64,000 nt of DNA from an uncultured SAR86 cluster bacterium. Lineage in GTDB: Bacteria; Pseudomonadota; Gammaproteobacteria; Magnimaribacterales; D2472. The DNA is taken from positions 32,547 to 96,546 of the forward strand of contig CACNXK010000004.1 in assembly GCA_902624425.1 (NCBI GenBank). The letters are read 5' to 3'. The translations under genes and the position numbers were made by a program. Of this stretch, positions 34,144-47,839 are shown in pieces. Under the pieces are notes generated by a model. It made no database searches. It was not told the DNA's origin and saw only the letters and a program-made list of their open reading frames with translations. Position 1 is the stretch's first letter; each line of letters opens with the position of its first letter.

Positions 34144-35334
34144 ATGGCAAGAGAAAAGTTTGAAAGAAATTTACCACACGTTAATGTGGGAACAATCGGT
34201 CACGTTGACCACGGAAAAACTACTTTAACAGCAGCATTAACTAAAGTTTGTGCTGAAGTATATGGTGGTGAAGCAGTTGCATTTGATGGTATCGATAATG
34301 CACCTGAAGAGAGAGAAAGAGGTATAACAATTGCAACATCTCATGTTGAGTATGTATCAAATGCAAGACACTATGCACACGTTGATTGTCCAGGTCACGC
34401 AGACTATGTAAAAAACATGATTACAGGTGCTGCACAGATGGATGGAGCCATCCTAGTTGTAAGTGCTGCTGATGGGCCAATGCCACAAACAAGAGAGCAC
34501 ATTCTTCTTGCAAGACAAGTTGGTGTTCCAAAGATTGTAGTATTTTTAAACAAAGCTGATCAAGTCGATGATCCTGAACTACAAGAATTAGTTGAAATGG
34601 AAATTAGAGAGCTTCTAAATGAATATGAATTTCCAGGTGATGACACACCAATTATAGTTGGATCTGCTCTAAAAGCACTTGAAGGTGACTCTTCAGACAT
34701 AGGTGTTCCAGCAGTTCAAAAACTAGTTGAGGAACTTGATGTTTCAATTCCTGAACCAGCACGAGATACAGACAAGCCTTTCTTAATGCCTGTTGAAGAT
34801 GTGTTTACAATTTCTGGAAGAGGAACAGTTGTTACAGGAAGAATAGAAACAGGAATTGTTAAAACCGGAGATCCACTTGAAATAGTTGGAATTAATGATA
34901 CAACTGAAACTACATGTACCGGAGTTGAGATGTTTAGAAAATCTCTTGATGAAGGAAGAGCTGGTGAAAACTGTGGAGTTCTTCTAAGAGGTATAGATAG
35001 AGATGCTGTTGAGAGAGGGCAAGTATTATCTGCGCCTAAATCAATTACGCCTCACACAGAATTTGAAGCTGAAATCTATGTACTTTCAAAAGATGAGGGT
35101 GGAAGACACACTCCATTCTTCAAAGGTTATAGACCACAGTTTTATTTTAGAACTACTGATGTTACAGGTGCTTGTGAATTACCAGATGGTGTCGAGATGG
35201 TAATGCCAGGTGATAACGTCAAAATGACAGTAACACTGATTGCTCCAATTGCAATGGACGAAGGTCTTAAGTTTGCAATACGTGAAGGCGGGCGAACAGT
35301 TGGTGCTGGAGTTGTTGCGAAAATCATTAAGTAA
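34144..35334 (+). CDS. tuf: elongation factor Tu
   Basis: [31 protein letters not shown]; ATG at 34144. Confidence 0.99.
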   Translation: MAREKFERNLPHVNVGTIGHVDHGKTTLTAALTKVCAEVYGGEAVAFDGIDNAPEERERGITIATSHVEYVSNARHYAHVDCPGHADYVKNMITGAAQMDGAILVVSAADGPMPQTREHILLARQVGVPKIVVFLNKADQVDDPELQELVEMEIRELLNEYEFPGDDTPIIVGSALKALEGDSSDIGVPAVQKLVEELDVSIPEPARDTDKPFLMPVEDVFTISGRGTVVTGRIETGIVKTGDPLEIVGINDTTETTCTGVEMFRKSLDEGRAGENCGVLLRGIDRDAVERGQVLSAPKSITPHTEFEAEIYVLSKDEGGRHTPFFKGYRPQFYFRTTDVTGACELPDGVEMVMPGDNVKMTVTLIAPIAMDEGLKFAIREGGRTVGAGVVAKIIK

Positions 35335-35407
35335 GAGAATTTAAGCGATCGCCAAGACATGGATGTTTTGGCGCGCCTTATTAATGGGGAAAGTTAATAA
35401 CGTTTTT

Positions 35408-35483
35408 AGGCCAGTAGCTCAATTGGTAGAGCACCGGTCTCCAAAACCGGGGGTTGGGGGTTCAATTCCCTCCTGGCCTGCCA
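35408..35483 (+). tRNA. tRNA-Trp(CCA)
   Basis: AGGCCAGTAGCTCAATTGG...CCGGT-CTCCAAA-ACCGG...CTGGCCTGCCA; sits before secE. Confidence 0.96.
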
Positions 35484-35507
35484 ATGAGGAGGAGTTTAGG
35501 AAGAATT

Positions 35508-35870
35508 ATGAGTAAACAAGAGTCATTTAAATTCTTAGACAAAGCAAAATGGTTAATCTCATTGTCTTTCTTCGTAGTTGCCGTAGTTGGAAACAGCTAT
35601 TACACAGAAGTTGCATTTCTTTACAGAGTTTTGGGTGTTGTTGGACTTATTGGTTTGGGAATATTTTTTATGGCGTTGACTGATTTTGGTAGGTCAGCGA
35701 TAAAGCTAATGAGTGAATCAAGAACTGAGCTTAGAAGGGTTGTTTGGCCCACAAGGGTTGAAACTACTCAAACCTTTTTGATTGTTTTTGTTTCAATTCT
35801 GGTTCTTGCATTGCTTTTATGGGGCTTAGAGTCTCTATTAAGTTGGTTAACTAAATTAATTATAGGATAA
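35508..35870 (+). CDS. secE: preprotein translocase SecE (3-TM form)
   Basis: ESRTELRRVVWPTRVET; the ATG at 35508 avoids overlap with tRNA-Trp. Confidence 0.93.
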   Translation: MSKQESFKFLDKAKWLISLSFFVVAVVGNSYYTEVAFLYRVLGVVGLIGLGIFFMALTDFGRSAIKLMSESRTELRRVVWPTRVETTQTFLIVFVSILVLALLLWGLESLLSWLTKLIIG

Positions 35871-35873
35871 AAA

Positions 35874-36401
35874 ATGGAGTGGTTTGTTGTTCAAGCATAT
35901 TCAGGATACGAGCAGAAAGTTAAAGCTGCAATGGAAGAAAGAATTATGTTAGCAAATCTAAAAGAAAAGTTTGGAGAGATACTTGTACCTACCGAACAAG
36001 TTGTAGAACTTAAAAGTGGTGAACAGAAAAAAACAGAAAGGAAATTTTTCCCTGGCTATATTCTCATTCAAATGGATCTCGACGATGATACCTGGCAGCT
36101 TGTTAAACAAACTCCTAGAGTTTCAGGGTTTGTTGGAGGAACAAGAGAAAAACCAAGTCCGATCTCCGCTGAAGAAGTTAATAGTATTATTAATAGGATC
36201 GAAGTTGGTGAGGAAGCACCAAGACCAAAAACTATGTTTGAGCCAGGTGAGGTTATAAGAGTTTGTGATGGACCATTCAATGATTTCAACGGCGTTGTAG
36301 AGGAAGTTGATTATGAAAGAAACTCAGTAAAAGTTTCTGTTCAAATTTTAGGAAGATCAACTTCTGTGCAATTAAATTTTATGCAAATAGAGAAAACTTA
36401 A
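35874..36401 (+). CDS. nusG: transcription factor NusG
   Basis: WFVVQAYSGYE, FFPGYILI, KOW motif GPFNDFNG. Confidence 0.98.
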   Translation: MEWFVVQAYSGYEQKVKAAMEERIMLANLKEKFGEILVPTEQVVELKSGEQKKTERKFFPGYILIQMDLDDDTWQLVKQTPRVSGFVGGTREKPSPISAEEVNSIINRIEVGEEAPRPKTMFEPGEVIRVCDGPFNDFNGVVEEVDYERNSVKVSVQILGRSTSVQLNFMQIEKT

Positions 36402-36836
36402 ATGGCTAAAAAGAAAAAAGTAGCAAGTTTATTAAAACTACAAATACCAGCGGGAGCTGCTAACCCAAGTCCTCCTGTGGGTCCTGCTTTAGGTCAAGCA
36501 GGTTTGAACATAATGGACTTTTGTAATGCTTTTAATGATAAAACAAAGGACTCAGAAAAAGGTGTTCCACTCCCAGTAGTAATTAGTGTTTATGAAGATA
36601 AATCATTTGATTTTATTGTAAAAACACCTCCAGCTGCAGTTCTGATAAGAAAAGCTCTAAATATTCCTAAAGGCAGCGGAGAGCCAAATAGGGAGAAAGT
36701 AGGAAAAATTTCTAGAAAACAACTTGAAGAGATTGCAAAAACAAAAGAACCTGATCTGAATGCTAATGACCTTGATAATGCTGTAAAAATAATAGCTGGA
36801 ACTGCCAGAAGTATGGGAGTAGATGTAGAAATATAA
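36402..36836 (+). CDS. rplK: ribosomal protein L11
   Basis: [15 protein letters not shown]. Confidence 0.98.
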   Translation: MAKKKKVASLLKLQIPAGAANPSPPVGPALGQAGLNIMDFCNAFNDKTKDSEKGVPLPVVISVYEDKSFDFIVKTPPAAVLIRKALNIPKGSGEPNREKVGKISRKQLEEIAKTKEPDLNANDLDNAVKIIAGTARSMGVDVEI

Positions 36837-36838
36837 TT

Positions 36839-37525
36839 ATGGTTACAAAAAAACAAAAAAATATTTTAGATACCGTTGAGAGTATGAAAGATTACTCATT
36901 ATCTGATGCTGTAAAAATATTGCAGGAACACAAATCTCCAAAATTTGATGAATCTGTTGATGTTGCTATCAAGCTCGGCGTCGATGGTAATAAATCTGAT
37001 CAAAATGTTCGAGGAGCAATAACACTGCCAAACTCTCTCGGCAAAGAGGTTGTTGTAGCTGTCTTTGCAGATGGAGATGCTGCAGATCAAGCAAAATCAG
37101 CTGGTGCAGATTTTATTGGCATGGATGACTTAAGTGAAAAGTTTACAAAAAATGAAGTAACAGTAGATGTTGTTATTTCAACACAGGCAGCTATGAAAGT
37201 TGTTGGAAAATTAGGACAGGTTCTTGGGCCTAAGGGTTTGATGCCGAACCCGAAAACAGGAACGGTAACAGACAATGTAGCTGACGCTGTCAAAAATGCT
37301 AAGTCAGGACAAGTTCGATTTAGAACGGATAAAAGTGGGATTGTTCACGGTTGCATAGGAAAGGTTTCATTTGATGATGACAAGGTAAACCAAAATCTGA
37401 CCGCTCTTGTTGAAGAATTAAAAAGATTAAAACCAGCATCTGCTAAAGGTGTATATATAAAAGGTATTTCAATTAGTAGCACTATGGGGCCTGGATTGAA
37501 ATTAAATATAGCGGAGCTGGCTTAA
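36839..37525 (+). CDS. rplA: ribosomal protein L1
   Basis: KFDESVD, LGPKGLMPNPKTGTVT, STMGPG. Confidence 0.98.
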   Translation: MVTKKQKNILDTVESMKDYSLSDAVKILQEHKSPKFDESVDVAIKLGVDGNKSDQNVRGAITLPNSLGKEVVVAVFADGDAADQAKSAGADFIGMDDLSEKFTKNEVTVDVVISTQAAMKVVGKLGQVLGPKGLMPNPKTGTVTDNVADAVKNAKSGQVRFRTDKSGIVHGCIGKVSFDDDKVNQNLTALVEELKRLKPASAKGVYIKGISISSTMGPGLKLNIAELA

Positions 37526-37571
37526 GTTTTTAGAGTTTTTTAAAACTCTAGATTGTTGCGTTTATTCGCAG

Positions 37572-37650
37572 CCGTCGAAGACCGTAGGTGCTTTTTAGCT
37601 TAATTTCCTACGCAGGTGGTGACTCAATTGCATTAGCAGTTTGTCGCCAA
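37572..37650 (+). promoter_or_regulatory. L10 ribosomal leader
   Basis: GAAGACCGTAGG...TTAA..CCTACGCAG motif upstream of rplJ. Confidence 0.8.
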
Positions 37651-37681
37651 AATGACCGAAAGGTCTAATTAGGAGAATTGT

Positions 37682-38212
37682 ATGGCTTTAGCCAAGAATG
37701 AAAAAGAAAGGATTGTTGAAGAAGTAAAAGCTGTTGTTGCAGATGCATCTACATTGGTGATATCTGATGCAAGAGGTTTAAAAGTTTCTGAGCTATCCGA
37801 AATAAGAAAGGAAGCAAACGAAAAAGGTGTGCATATTCAAGTGATTAAAAACTCACTTGCAAAGCTTGCATTTAAAGATACCGATTTTGGTTGCACTGAG
37901 GAAGCTCTAAAAGGGCCCTCTTTATTTGCTTTTTCTTTTGCCGAGCCTGGAGCTGCTGCAAAGTTACTCAAAACATATGCTAAAAATTTCGAGGCTCTCG
38001 AAATTAAAGCATTAGCTGTTGAGGGTCAACTGCTAGATGGAAGCCAAATCGATATGTTGGCAACACTTCCGTCAAGAGAGGAGGCCATAACTTTAATTGC
38101 ATCAGTTCTTCAAGCACCTATGGGTAAGTTTGCAACTTTACTAAATGAAGTTCCAAGTAAACTTGCTAGGGTTCTTGCTGCAGTTCGTGACAATAAACAG
38201 GCTAGTGCCTAA
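37682..38212 (+). CDS. rplJ: ribosomal protein L10
   Basis: [21 protein letters not shown]. Confidence 0.97.
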   Translation: MALAKNEKERIVEEVKAVVADASTLVISDARGLKVSELSEIRKEANEKGVHIQVIKNSLAKLAFKDTDFGCTEEALKGPSLFAFSFAEPGAAAKLLKTYAKNFEALEIKALAVEGQLLDGSQIDMLATLPSREEAITLIASVLQAPMGKFATLLNEVPSKLARVLAAVRDNKQASA

Positions 38213-38226
38213 ATCGGAGAATTATT

Positions 38227-38616
38227 ATGGCAACAATAAAATCTGAAGACATTCTAAAAGCGATTGAAGAAATGTCAGTTATGGAGTTAGTAGAACTTAT
38301 TTCTGCTATTGAAGAAAAATTTGATGTTACTGCAGCTGCTGCAGTCGCTGCTGCACCTGTTGCAGCTGCTGGCGATGCTGCTGGTGGTGATGCCGCTGAG
38401 GAGAAAGACGAATTTGATGTTGTTCTTTCTGCTGCTGGTGACCAAAAAGTACAAGTTATTAAAGCTGTTAGAGCTATAACTGGTCTTGGTCTCAAAGAAG
38501 CTAAAGACTTAGTTGATGGCGCTCCAAATACTCTTAAAGAGGGTGTTAAAAAAGAAGAAGCTGAAGAAATGCTTAAGCAGCTTTCTGAAGCTGGAGCCAC
38601 AGCAGAACTCAAATAA
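38227..38616 (+). CDS. rplL: ribosomal protein L7/L12
   Basis: Ala-rich hinge, [20 protein letters not shown]. Confidence 0.98.
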   Translation: MATIKSEDILKAIEEMSVMELVELISAIEEKFDVTAAAAVAAAPVAAAGDAAGGDAAEEKDEFDVVLSAAGDQKVQVIKAVRAITGLGLKEAKDLVDGAPNTLKEGVKKEEAEEMLKQLSEAGATAELK

Positions 38617-38645
38617 TTTTTACTAATACTTAAAGGGCAACATTT

Positions 38646-41600
38646 ATGTCATATAGCTACACTGAAAAAAAGAGAATAAGAAAAAACTTTGGAAGATTCC
38701 CAAAAGTAATGGATCTACCAACGCTTACAGAAACACAGCTAAATTCATATGCTGAGTTTCTTCAAGCAAACGTCGATCCCGATAAGAGGGAAAATAAAGG
38801 TCTTGAAGAAGTCTTTCAATCTCTTTTCCCTATAACAAGTGTATCTGGCAATGCTGCCCTTGAGTACGTTTCATATGAGCTTGGAAAAAACAGCTTTGAC
38901 GTCCAAGAATGCCTCATTCAAGGATTAAGCTATTCAGCTCCTTTAAGAATTAAAGTAAGGCTTGTTATATACGATAAAGAATCTAATTTTGAAGAAGTTA
39001 AAGATGTAAAAGAAGGTGAAGTTTTCATGGGTGAAGTTCCTCTCATGACATCAACTGGGTCATTTATAATTAACGGTACAGAAAGGGTTGTTGTTTCTCA
39101 GCTTCATAGATCTCCTGGAGTTTTCTTTGACCATGACAAAGGCAAAACTCACAGTTCAGGAAAAGTTTTATATTCGGCAAGAATTATCCCATATAGAGGA
39201 TCATGGCTAGATTTTGAGTTTGATCCAAAAGATAGCCTTTTCTGCAGAATAGACAGAAAAAGAAAGATACCGGCAACTATCCTATTGAAAGCATTAGAAA
39301 TGACGACTGAAGAGATTCTCCAGTCATTTTTTGAAACAGAAACTTATACACTTGATAAATCCAGAGTCAAAACTGAATTAAAGCCTGAAAGATTGAGAGG
39401 CGAGGTTCTCAGTGAAGACATTAAAGTTAAAAATAAAGTTATTGTTGAAGCAGGCAAAAGAGTTACTGCAAGGCATGTAAAATTATTAAGAGATTCAGGC
39501 GAGAAAGAAATTTCTTTCTCAAATGAATACCTTCTTGGTAAAGTAACTTCAAAAGATATTTTTGACGAAGAAACTGGTGAGGTAACTCTTTCTTGTAACA
39601 GTGAAATCGATGAAGCTGTTTTATCACTTTTAACTGAAAAAAATATAACAACAATTGATACCCTCTACATTAATGAGCTTGAAAAAGGCCCATATATTGC
39701 AAATACATTAAGAACTGATCCAACTTCTAATAGATTAGAAGCACTTGTTGAAATATACAGAATGATGAGACCTGGCGAACCTCCAACAAAAGATTCTGCA
39801 GAAACCTTATTTAGGAACTTATTCTTCAATCCTGAAAGATATGATTTATCTGAAGTCGGAAGAATGAAATTTAATAGAAGACTCAAAATAGAAGAAGAAA
39901 GAGAGAATCCTAATGTACTTGATCTACAGGACATTATCGCTGTTATGAAAGGTATATTAGATATTAGAGACGGTCATGATTTTGTTGATGATATTGACCA
40001 TCTTGGAAATAGAAGAGTTAGATCTGTTGGAGAGATGACAGCTAATCAATTTAGAGTTGGTTTAATTAGAGTTGAGAGAGCTGTAAGAGAAAGATTAAGC
40101 ATGGCGGAAGCAGATGAGCTTGGCCCACAAGATCTTATTAATGCCAAACCGGTTACTGCGGCAATAAAAGAATTTTTTGGCTCAAGTCAGTTGTCACAGT
40201 TTATGGATCAAAATAATCCATTGTCTGAAATAACACATAAGAGAAGAGTTTCTGCATTAGGTCCTGGAGGGCTGACAAGAGAAAGAGCAGGTTTTGAAGT
40301 TAGAGACGTTCATCCAACCCATTATGGAAGAGTTTGTCCCATCGAAACACCAGAGGGACCAAATATTGGTCTTATTAATTCCTTTGCTTCATATGCTAGA
40401 ACTAATTCATACGGATTTATAGAAACTCCCTATAGAAAGGTTGTGAAGGGAACAGTTACTGATGAGATTGTTTATTTGTCTGCCATTGATGAAGGGGAGC
40501 ATATTATCGCTCAGGCCAATGCAACATTAGATAAAAAGAATAGATTTGTAGATGATCTAGTTCCTGTTAGGCATGCTAACGAGTTTGAATTGATGTCATC
40601 AGATATGGTTGATTTAATGGATGTTTCGCCTCAGCAAGTAGTTTCTGTGGCAGCTTCATTAATTCCATTTTTGGAGCATGACGATGCAAACAGAGCTTTA
40701 ATGGGTTCAAATATGCAACGTCAAGCGGTTCCAGTCTTAAGACCAGAAAAACCTCTTGTTGGAACAGGGCTTGAAACAGTTGTTGCTAGAGACTCTGGAG
40801 TTTGTGTTGTTGCTAAAAATAAAGGTGTCGTTGAAAGTGTCGATGCTGGAAGAATCGTTGTAAGAGTAACAGATGCAAAAAATAAAACTGCAGAAGTTGA
40901 CATCTACAACCTCGTTAAATATACAAGATCAAATCAAAATACTTGTATCAATCAAAGACCACTTGTAAAGGTTGGAGATAAAGTTGTTGAAGGTGATATT
41001 CTTGCTGATGGACCATCTGTTGATAATGGAGAGTTGGCATTAGGACAAAACATTAGAATTGCCTTTATGCCATGGAATGGTTATAACTTTGAGGACTCAA
41101 TTCTTATTTCTGAAAAGGTAGCAAGAGAGGATAGGTTCACGTCAATCCATATTCAAGAACTAACTTGTGTTGCTAGAGATACAAAACTTGGTTCTGAAGA
41201 AATTACGGCTGACATTCCTAATGTTGGAGAAGGATCATTATCAAAACTTGATGAGTGTGGAATAGTCTATAAAGGTGCAGAAGTTAACCCCGGAGATATC
41301 CTTGTTGGTAAGATTACTCCAAAAGGAGAAAATCAATTATCTCCTGAAGAAAAGCTTCTAAGAGCAATATTTGGAGAAAAAGCGTCTGATGTTAAAGATA
41401 CATCTTTAAGGGTTCCAACAAGCACAAAGGGAACTGTTATCGGAGTAGAAGTCTTTACAAGAGATGGACTAGAAAAAGATGATAGAACCGTCTCCATCGA
41501 AGAAGAGCATTTAGCACAAGCAAAAAAAGATGCTGATGACGAAACTAGGATTGTTCAGGAAGCAACAAAAATTAAAGTTTCTGGATTCCTTAATGGTGAA

Positions 41601-42716
41601 ACAGTCACTAAGGCTCCTGGCCTTAAAAGAGGATCTAAAATTTCCTCAGATGATCTTAAAGAAATGTCATTAAATGATATTTTTTCAATAAGAACAAAAA
41701 AAGCAGATGTAAATACAAGGTTAGAGGAATCAGAGCAGGCTCTAAAAAAGGTTCTTAGTGAAATTAAAGAAAGGTTTAATGAAAAAAAATCAAAGATTGT
41801 AAGAGGTCATGATCTTGCTCCAGGCGTTATCAAGATAGTTAAAGTATTTTTAGCTATTAAAAGAAGAATACAGCCAGGAGACAAAATGGCAGGGAGACAT
41901 GGAAACAAAGGTGTCATTTCAGAAATAATGCCAATTGAGGATATGCCTTATGATGAGGATGGTAACCCAGTAGATATTGTCTTAAATCCATTAGGAGTTC
42001 CATCAAGGATGAATGTGGGACAGATTCTTGAAACGCACATGGGATGTGCGGCAAAGGGTGTCGGCAAAATTATTGATGACATGATAAAAAGCAAGGAATC
42101 AAATGCTGATATAAGAAAATATCTCGAAAAGCTCTATAACAAGGATGCAGCAAATCTGGAAGATCTAGCATCTCTTACTAATGGAGATATTGATCAGCTA
42201 GCACATAATCTTAGAGCTGGTGTCCCAATTGCTTCACCAGTTTTCGATGGTGCTGCAGAGTCAGAAGTTAAAAATATGTTGAAACTTGCTGGACTTCCTT
42301 CTTCTGGTCAATTTACCCTGTTTGATGGAAGAACTGGTAGAAAGTTCGATCGCCCAATCACTGTTGGCTACATGTATATGATTAAGCTTAATCACTTAGT
42401 CGACGATAAAATGCATGCTAGATCCACCGGTTCATATTCTCTAGTTACTCAACAACCACTTGGCGGTAAGGCTCAATTTGGTGGTCAAAGATTTGGAGAA
42501 ATGGAAGTATGGGCACTAGAAGCTTATGGCGCAGCTTATACTCTTCAAGAAATGTTGACTGTAAAATCTGATGACGTTTCTGGCAGAACAAAGATGTATA
42601 AAAACATTGTTGATGGATCGCTTCAGATGGATGCAAATATCCCAGAATCATTCAATGTTCTAACTAAAGAGATCAGATCACTGGGCATAAATATTGATTT
42701 AGATACGGAAGAATAG
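38646..42716 (+). CDS. rpoB: RNA polymerase beta subunit
   Basis: [42 protein letters not shown]. Confidence 0.99.
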   Translation: MSYSYTEKKRIRKNFGRFPKVMDLPTLTETQLNSYAEFLQANVDPDKRENKGLEEVFQSLFPITSVSGNAALEYVSYELGKNSFDVQECLIQGLSYSAPLRIKVRLVIYDKESNFEEVKDVKEGEVFMGEVPLMTSTGSFIINGTERVVVSQLHRSPGVFFDHDKGKTHSSGKVLYSARIIPYRGSWLDFEFDPKDSLFCRIDRKRKIPATILLKALEMTTEEILQSFFETETYTLDKSRVKTELKPERLRGEVLSEDIKVKNKVIVEAGKRVTARHVKLLRDSGEKEISFSNEYLLGKVTSKDIFDEETGEVTLSCNSEIDEAVLSLLTEKNITTIDTLYINELEKGPYIANTLRTDPTSNRLEALVEIYRMMRPGEPPTKDSAETLFRNLFFNPERYDLSEVGRMKFNRRLKIEEERENPNVLDLQDIIAVMKGILDIRDGHDFVDDIDHLGNRRVRSVGEMTANQFRVGLIRVERAVRERLSMAEADELGPQDLINAKPVTAAIKEFFGSSQLSQFMDQNNPLSEITHKRRVSALGPGGLTRERAGFEVRDVHPTHYGRVCPIETPEGPNIGLINSFASYARTNSYGFIETPYRKVVKGTVTDEIVYLSAIDEGEHIIAQANATLDKKNRFVDDLVPVRHANEFELMSSDMVDLMDVSPQQVVSVAASLIPFLEHDDANRALMGSNMQRQAVPVLRPEKPLVGTGLETVVARDSGVCVVAKNKGVVESVDAGRIVVRVTDAKNKTAEVDIYNLVKYTRSNQNTCINQRPLVKVGDKVVEGDILADGPSVDNGELALGQNIRIAFMPWNGYNFEDSILISEKVAREDRFTSIHIQELTCVARDTKLGSEEITADIPNVGEGSLSKLDECGIVYKGAEVNPGDILVGKITPKGENQLSPEEKLLRAIFGEKASDVKDTSLRVPTSTKGTVIGVEVFTRDGLEKDDRTVSIEEEHLAQAKKDADDETRIVQEATKIKVSGFLNGETVTKAPGLKRGSKISSDDLKEMSLNDIFSIRTKKADVNTRLEESEQALKKVLSEIKERFNEKKSKIVRGHDLAPGVIKIVKVFLAIKRRIQPGDKMAGRHGNKGVISEIMPIEDMPYDEDGNPVDIVLNPLGVPSRMNVGQILETHMGCAAKGVGKIIDDMIKSKESNADIRKYLEKLYNKDAANLEDLASLTNGDIDQLAHNLRAGVPIASPVFDGAAESEVKNMLKLAGLPSSGQFTLFDGRTGRKFDRPITVGYMYMIKLNHLVDDKMHARSTGSYSLVTQQPLGGKAQFGGQRFGEMEVWALEAYGAAYTLQEMLTVKSDDVSGRTKMYKNIVDGSLQMDANIPESFNVLTKEIRSLGINIDLDTEE

Positions 42717-42726
42717 GAGAAATATT

Positions 42727-45700
42727 TTGAAAGAATTACTTAATTTATTGCAATCAAACCAAGACGATTTTTCATCTATTTCTGCTGGTTTAGCATCTCC
42801 ACAGATGGTTAGGTCTTGGTCTTTTGGTGAAGTCAAAAAACCTGAAACAATTAACTATAGAACTTTTAAACCTGAAAGGGACGGTCTCTTTTGTGCAAAA
42901 ATCTTTGGTCCAATTAAGGACTATGAATGTGTTTGCGGAAAATATAAAAGAATGAAACATAGAGGAGTTGTATGTGAAAAGTGTGGAGTTGAAGTTACTC
43001 TTGCTAAAGTAAGAAGAGACAGAATGGGGCACATTGAGCTGGCAGCTCCTGTTGCTCATATATGGTTCCTAAAATCACTTCCATCAAGAATTGGTCTTCT
43101 CTTGGATGTAACTTTAAGAGAAATTGAAAGGGTTTTATATTTTGAAAGCTTTATCGTGACTGATCCAGGAATGACTGACTTAGAAACTGGAGACATCCTA
43201 ACAGAAGAAGAATATATTGAAGCTTATGATCAATATGGTGATGAGTTCAAAGCTGGAATGGGTGCAGAGGCTGTTAAATTACTCCTAGAAGAGCTTGATA
43301 TAGATGATGAGATTAGAATACTAAGAGAAGAGATTCCTCAAACAAACTCTGAAACAAAACTTAAAAAGATCTCTAAAAGATTAAAGTTACTCGAGGCATT
43401 TAAAGCTTCTGGGAATAAACCAGAGTGGATGATAATGGATGTTCTCCCAGTACTTCCCCCAGATCTTAGGCCATTAGTACCTCTAGAGGGCGGAAGATTT
43501 GCTACTTCAGATTTAAATGATTTATACCGAAGAGTAATTAATAGAAACAATCGATTAAAAAGACTTCTGGAGCTAAATGCACCCGATATTATTGTAAGAA
43601 ATGAAAAGAGAATGTTACAAGAATCGGTTGACGCGCTTCTTGATAATGGCAGAAGAGGTAGGGTAATAACTGGAACTAACAAGAGACCTCTTAAATCGCT
43701 TGCTGATATGATCAAAGGTAAAGGTGGAAGATTTAGGCAGAACCTCCTTGGTAAACGAGTTGATTACTCAGGAAGATCCGTAATTGTATCTGGACCAAAC
43801 CTAAAACTTCATCAATGCGGACTTCCAAAAAAAATGGCATTAGAGCTTTTCAAGCCATTTGTATATGGAAGACTTGAACACAAGGAGCTTGCTACAACAA
43901 TTAAAGCTGCAAAAAGACTTGTTGAAAGGGAAACACCAGAAGTTTGGGAAGCTTTAGAGGAAGTTATTAGAGAACACCCAGTTTTATTAAATAGGGCTCC
44001 AACATTGCATCGTCTTGGTATCCAAGCATTTGAACCTCTATTAATTGAGGGTAAGGCAATACAGCTACATCCTTTGGTATGTGTCGCATATAATGCCGAC
44101 TTTGATGGGGACCAAATGGCTGTTCACGTTCCATTAACGGTTGAAGCTCAGCTTGAAGCGAGAGCGCTAATGATGTCAACCAACAACATTCTTTCACCTG
44201 CTGATGGAGCCCCAATTATTAATCCTACACAGGATGTAGTTCTTGGCCTTTATTACATGACTAGAGAAAAAGTAAATTCTCATGGAGAAGGAAGAGTTTT
44301 CTCTAATCCGGATGAAGTGCAAAGAGCCTTTGAATCAGAGCAGATAGATTTACATGCAAAGATTAAAGTCAGAATAGAAAATGCTGAAAAAGGAGTCTTC
44401 ATTGAGGATACTACTGTTGGAAGAACTCTTATATGGAGAATTACACCAATCGAGGTTGGATTCGACAATGTGAATAAAACTTTAGATAAAAAAGCTGTCT
44501 CTTCACTAATTGATCTTTCTTATAGAAAGGCTGGCTTAAAGAAAACAGTAATTTTTGCTGACCAATTAATGTACTTAGGTTTTGATTTCTCTACTAGATC
44601 AGGCTCATCGATTGGTGTAGATGATTTTGTAATTCCAGAAGAGAAATACGAAATCGTAGATAAAGCAGAAGACGAAGTTAAAGAAATAGAAAATCAATTT
44701 TCATCTGGCTTAGTTACTAGAGGAGAAAGATACAATAAAGTAGTCGACATTTGGTCTAGAGCTAATGAGCGTGTTGCAAAAGCAATGATGGAAAAAATTA
44801 GTAAAGACAGTGTTGAGGATTCTGATGGAAATGAAGTAGAGCAAGCATCTTTTAATTCAGTTTACATTTATGCTGATTCAGGTGCTAGAGGATCGCCAGC
44901 TCAAATTAGACAGTTATCTGGTATGAGAGGATTGATGTCTAAACCTGATGGTTCAATTATAGAAACTCCCATAACTGCAAACTTTAGAGAGGGTTTATCT
45001 GTTCTCCAGTACTTCATATCAACTCATGGAGCTAGAAAAGGATTAGCAGATACCGCACTAAAAACTGCTAACTCAGGGTATTTAACAAGAAGACTATGTG
45101 ATGTATCCATGGATTCAGTTATTACTGAAGAAGATTGTGGAACAGAAGATTCAATAGAAATGAATGCAATTATTGATGGTGGAGAGATTATTCAAGATCT
45201 AACTGACAGAATACTTGGAAGAGTTATCGCTGAACCAATTCTTGATGGCGACGAGAATGAGCTTTTCTCAAAAGACACTCTAATTGATGAAGATGCACTT
45301 CTAAAAATTGAGCCCCTCAACTTATCAACTTTAAAAGTTAGATCACCTATGACATGTGAATCAAGTTTTGGAGTGTGTTCTAAATGTTATGGTAGAGATT
45401 TGGCCAGAGGCCATCTTGTCCACAGGGGCGAGGCGGTTGGTGTAGTTGCTGCCCAGTCAATTGGTGAGCCTGGAACACAGCTTACAATGAGAACCTTCCA
45501 TATTGGAGGCGCAGCTTCAAGCTCTTCTGAGGATGATTCAATTATTAGCAGGAATGATGGTTCTGCAATCTTCTCTGATGATATAAAGAGCGTTAAAAAT
45601 AAAGATAAACTTGAAGTTGTAATTTCAAGAAATTCAACCTTGTCTATTTCTGATAATCAAGGAAAGATTGTTGAGCAATATAAGATACCTTATGGTTCCA

Positions 45701-46959
45701 CTTTGCTTGTTGCTAATAATGCAAAAGTAGAGCTTGGACAAAAAATTGCTACATGGGATCCATATACCCGTCCAATAATTTCAGAGGCAGCTGGTAAAGT
45801 AAAGTTTGCTGATATTGAAGAGGGTGTATCTGTCAGAGCTTCAACTGATGAGCTGACTGGATTAAGCAGTATTGAGGTTATAGATGGTTCTGAAAGACCT
45901 TCAGCTGGAAAAGATTTAGTGCCTTCTGTTAGTTTGACAGATGGAAGAGGTAAACAACTAACGCATCCAGAGAATAACCAACCCCTAACATATGCTTTAC
46001 CAGCATCAGCACTATTAAATCTCGAAGATGGTCAGAAAATAACTGCTGGTGAGGTAATTGCAAGGATACCTCTCGAAGGATCTAAGACAAAAGATATTAC
46101 AGGTGGATTACCTAGAGTTGCAGATCTATTTGAAGCCAGAACACCTAAAGATGCTGCTGTATTAGCAGAAGAATCCGGAATGGTTTCGTTTGGTAAAGAA
46201 ACAAAAGGAAAAGTAAGGCTTGTAATTACACCTGATGGAGCATCTAAAAAATCTCAAAATGTTGAGATGCTAATTCCAAAACATAGAACACTATCTGTTT
46301 TTGAAGGTGAGAGAGTAGAAAAGGGTGATATCGTTAGTGACGGGCCTTATAGTCCTCATGATATTCTCAGATTAAAGGGCATACCATCTTTAACTAATTT
46401 CATTGTTAATGAAATTCAGCAAGTATACAGATTGCAGGGAGTTTCTATAAACGACAAACACATTGAAACTATTCTCAGACAAATGCTTAGAAAAGCTCTT
46501 ATTGTCGATGGTGGAGATACTAAGTTTATTCAAGGTGATCAGGTAGAGTACGCAGATTTAGTTGAAGCAAATAAAATTGCTGAAGCTAATGATCAGGAAC
46601 CAGCAACATTCGAAAGAGTGTTATTAGGTATTACAAAAGCTTCCCTTGCCACAAATTCCTTTATATCAGCAGCATCTTTCCAAGAAACAACTAGAGTTCT
46701 TACTGAGGCAGCTGTTACTGGGAAAAAAGATGGTCTCAGAGGCTTAAAAGAAAACGTTGTAGTTGGAAGACTTATTCCCGCAGGAACTGGTATGGATTTC
46801 CATGATAAGTTAAAAACTAAATCCTCTGATTCAGATGAATATTCTCTGTCTTCAGAAGATCTTGAGGCTGCATTAAGACAAGAGATTCAAGATACCAATA
46901 CTGATACTGAAGAGCAATCCGAAACAGAATCTGAAAAACCAGTTGACGATAACGAATGA
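42727..46959 (+). CDS. rpoC: RNA polymerase beta' subunit
   Basis: [12 protein letters not shown] and Zn fingers; TTG start with AGGAG SD. Confidence 0.99.
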   Translation: MKELLNLLQSNQDDFSSISAGLASPQMVRSWSFGEVKKPETINYRTFKPERDGLFCAKIFGPIKDYECVCGKYKRMKHRGVVCEKCGVEVTLAKVRRDRMGHIELAAPVAHIWFLKSLPSRIGLLLDVTLREIERVLYFESFIVTDPGMTDLETGDILTEEEYIEAYDQYGDEFKAGMGAEAVKLLLEELDIDDEIRILREEIPQTNSETKLKKISKRLKLLEAFKASGNKPEWMIMDVLPVLPPDLRPLVPLEGGRFATSDLNDLYRRVINRNNRLKRLLELNAPDIIVRNEKRMLQESVDALLDNGRRGRVITGTNKRPLKSLADMIKGKGGRFRQNLLGKRVDYSGRSVIVSGPNLKLHQCGLPKKMALELFKPFVYGRLEHKELATTIKAAKRLVERETPEVWEALEEVIREHPVLLNRAPTLHRLGIQAFEPLLIEGKAIQLHPLVCVAYNADFDGDQMAVHVPLTVEAQLEARALMMSTNNILSPADGAPIINPTQDVVLGLYYMTREKVNSHGEGRVFSNPDEVQRAFESEQIDLHAKIKVRIENAEKGVFIEDTTVGRTLIWRITPIEVGFDNVNKTLDKKAVSSLIDLSYRKAGLKKTVIFADQLMYLGFDFSTRSGSSIGVDDFVIPEEKYEIVDKAEDEVKEIENQFSSGLVTRGERYNKVVDIWSRANERVAKAMMEKISKDSVEDSDGNEVEQASFNSVYIYADSGARGSPAQIRQLSGMRGLMSKPDGSIIETPITANFREGLSVLQYFISTHGARKGLADTALKTANSGYLTRRLCDVSMDSVITEEDCGTEDSIEMNAIIDGGEIIQDLTDRILGRVIAEPILDGDENELFSKDTLIDEDALLKIEPLNLSTLKVRSPMTCESSFGVCSKCYGRDLARGHLVHRGEAVGVVAAQSIGEPGTQLTMRTFHIGGAASSSSEDDSIISRNDGSAIFSDDIKSVKNKDKLEVVISRNSTLSISDNQGKIVEQYKIPYGSTLLVANNAKVELGQKIATWDPYTRPIISEAAGKVKFADIEEGVSVRASTDELTGLSSIEVIDGSERPSAGKDLVPSVSLTDGRGKQLTHPENNQPLTYALPASALLNLEDGQKITAGEVIARIPLEGSKTKDITGGLPRVADLFEARTPKDAAVLAEESGMVSFGKETKGKVRLVITPDGASKKSQNVEMLIPKHRTLSVFEGERVEKGDIVSDGPYSPHDILRLKGIPSLTNFIVNEIQQVYRLQGVSINDKHIETILRQMLRKALIVDGGDTKFIQGDQVEYADLVEANKIAEANDQEPATFERVLLGITKASLATNSFISAASFQETTRVLTEAAVTGKKDGLRGLKENVVVGRLIPAGTGMDFHDKLKTKSSDSDEYSLSSEDLEAALRQEIQDTNTDTEEQSETESEKPVDDNE

Positions 46960-46992
46960 GCTATATAGAATCACGGCTTTTAGATAATTAAT

Positions 46993-47837
<845 letters not shown>

Positions 47838-47839
47838 AA

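Noticed and set aside
35454-35507. N-terminal extension of secE in the ORF track (similarly rpsQ, rpsE, rplO)
   Set aside because: The extensions overlap tRNA-Trp or the upstream genes; downstream ATGs match the known N-termini
38202-38612. 136-aa antisense ORF over rplL, and other long antisense ORFs over conserved genes
   Set aside because: Typical antisense open frames produced by the codon bias of the sense gene
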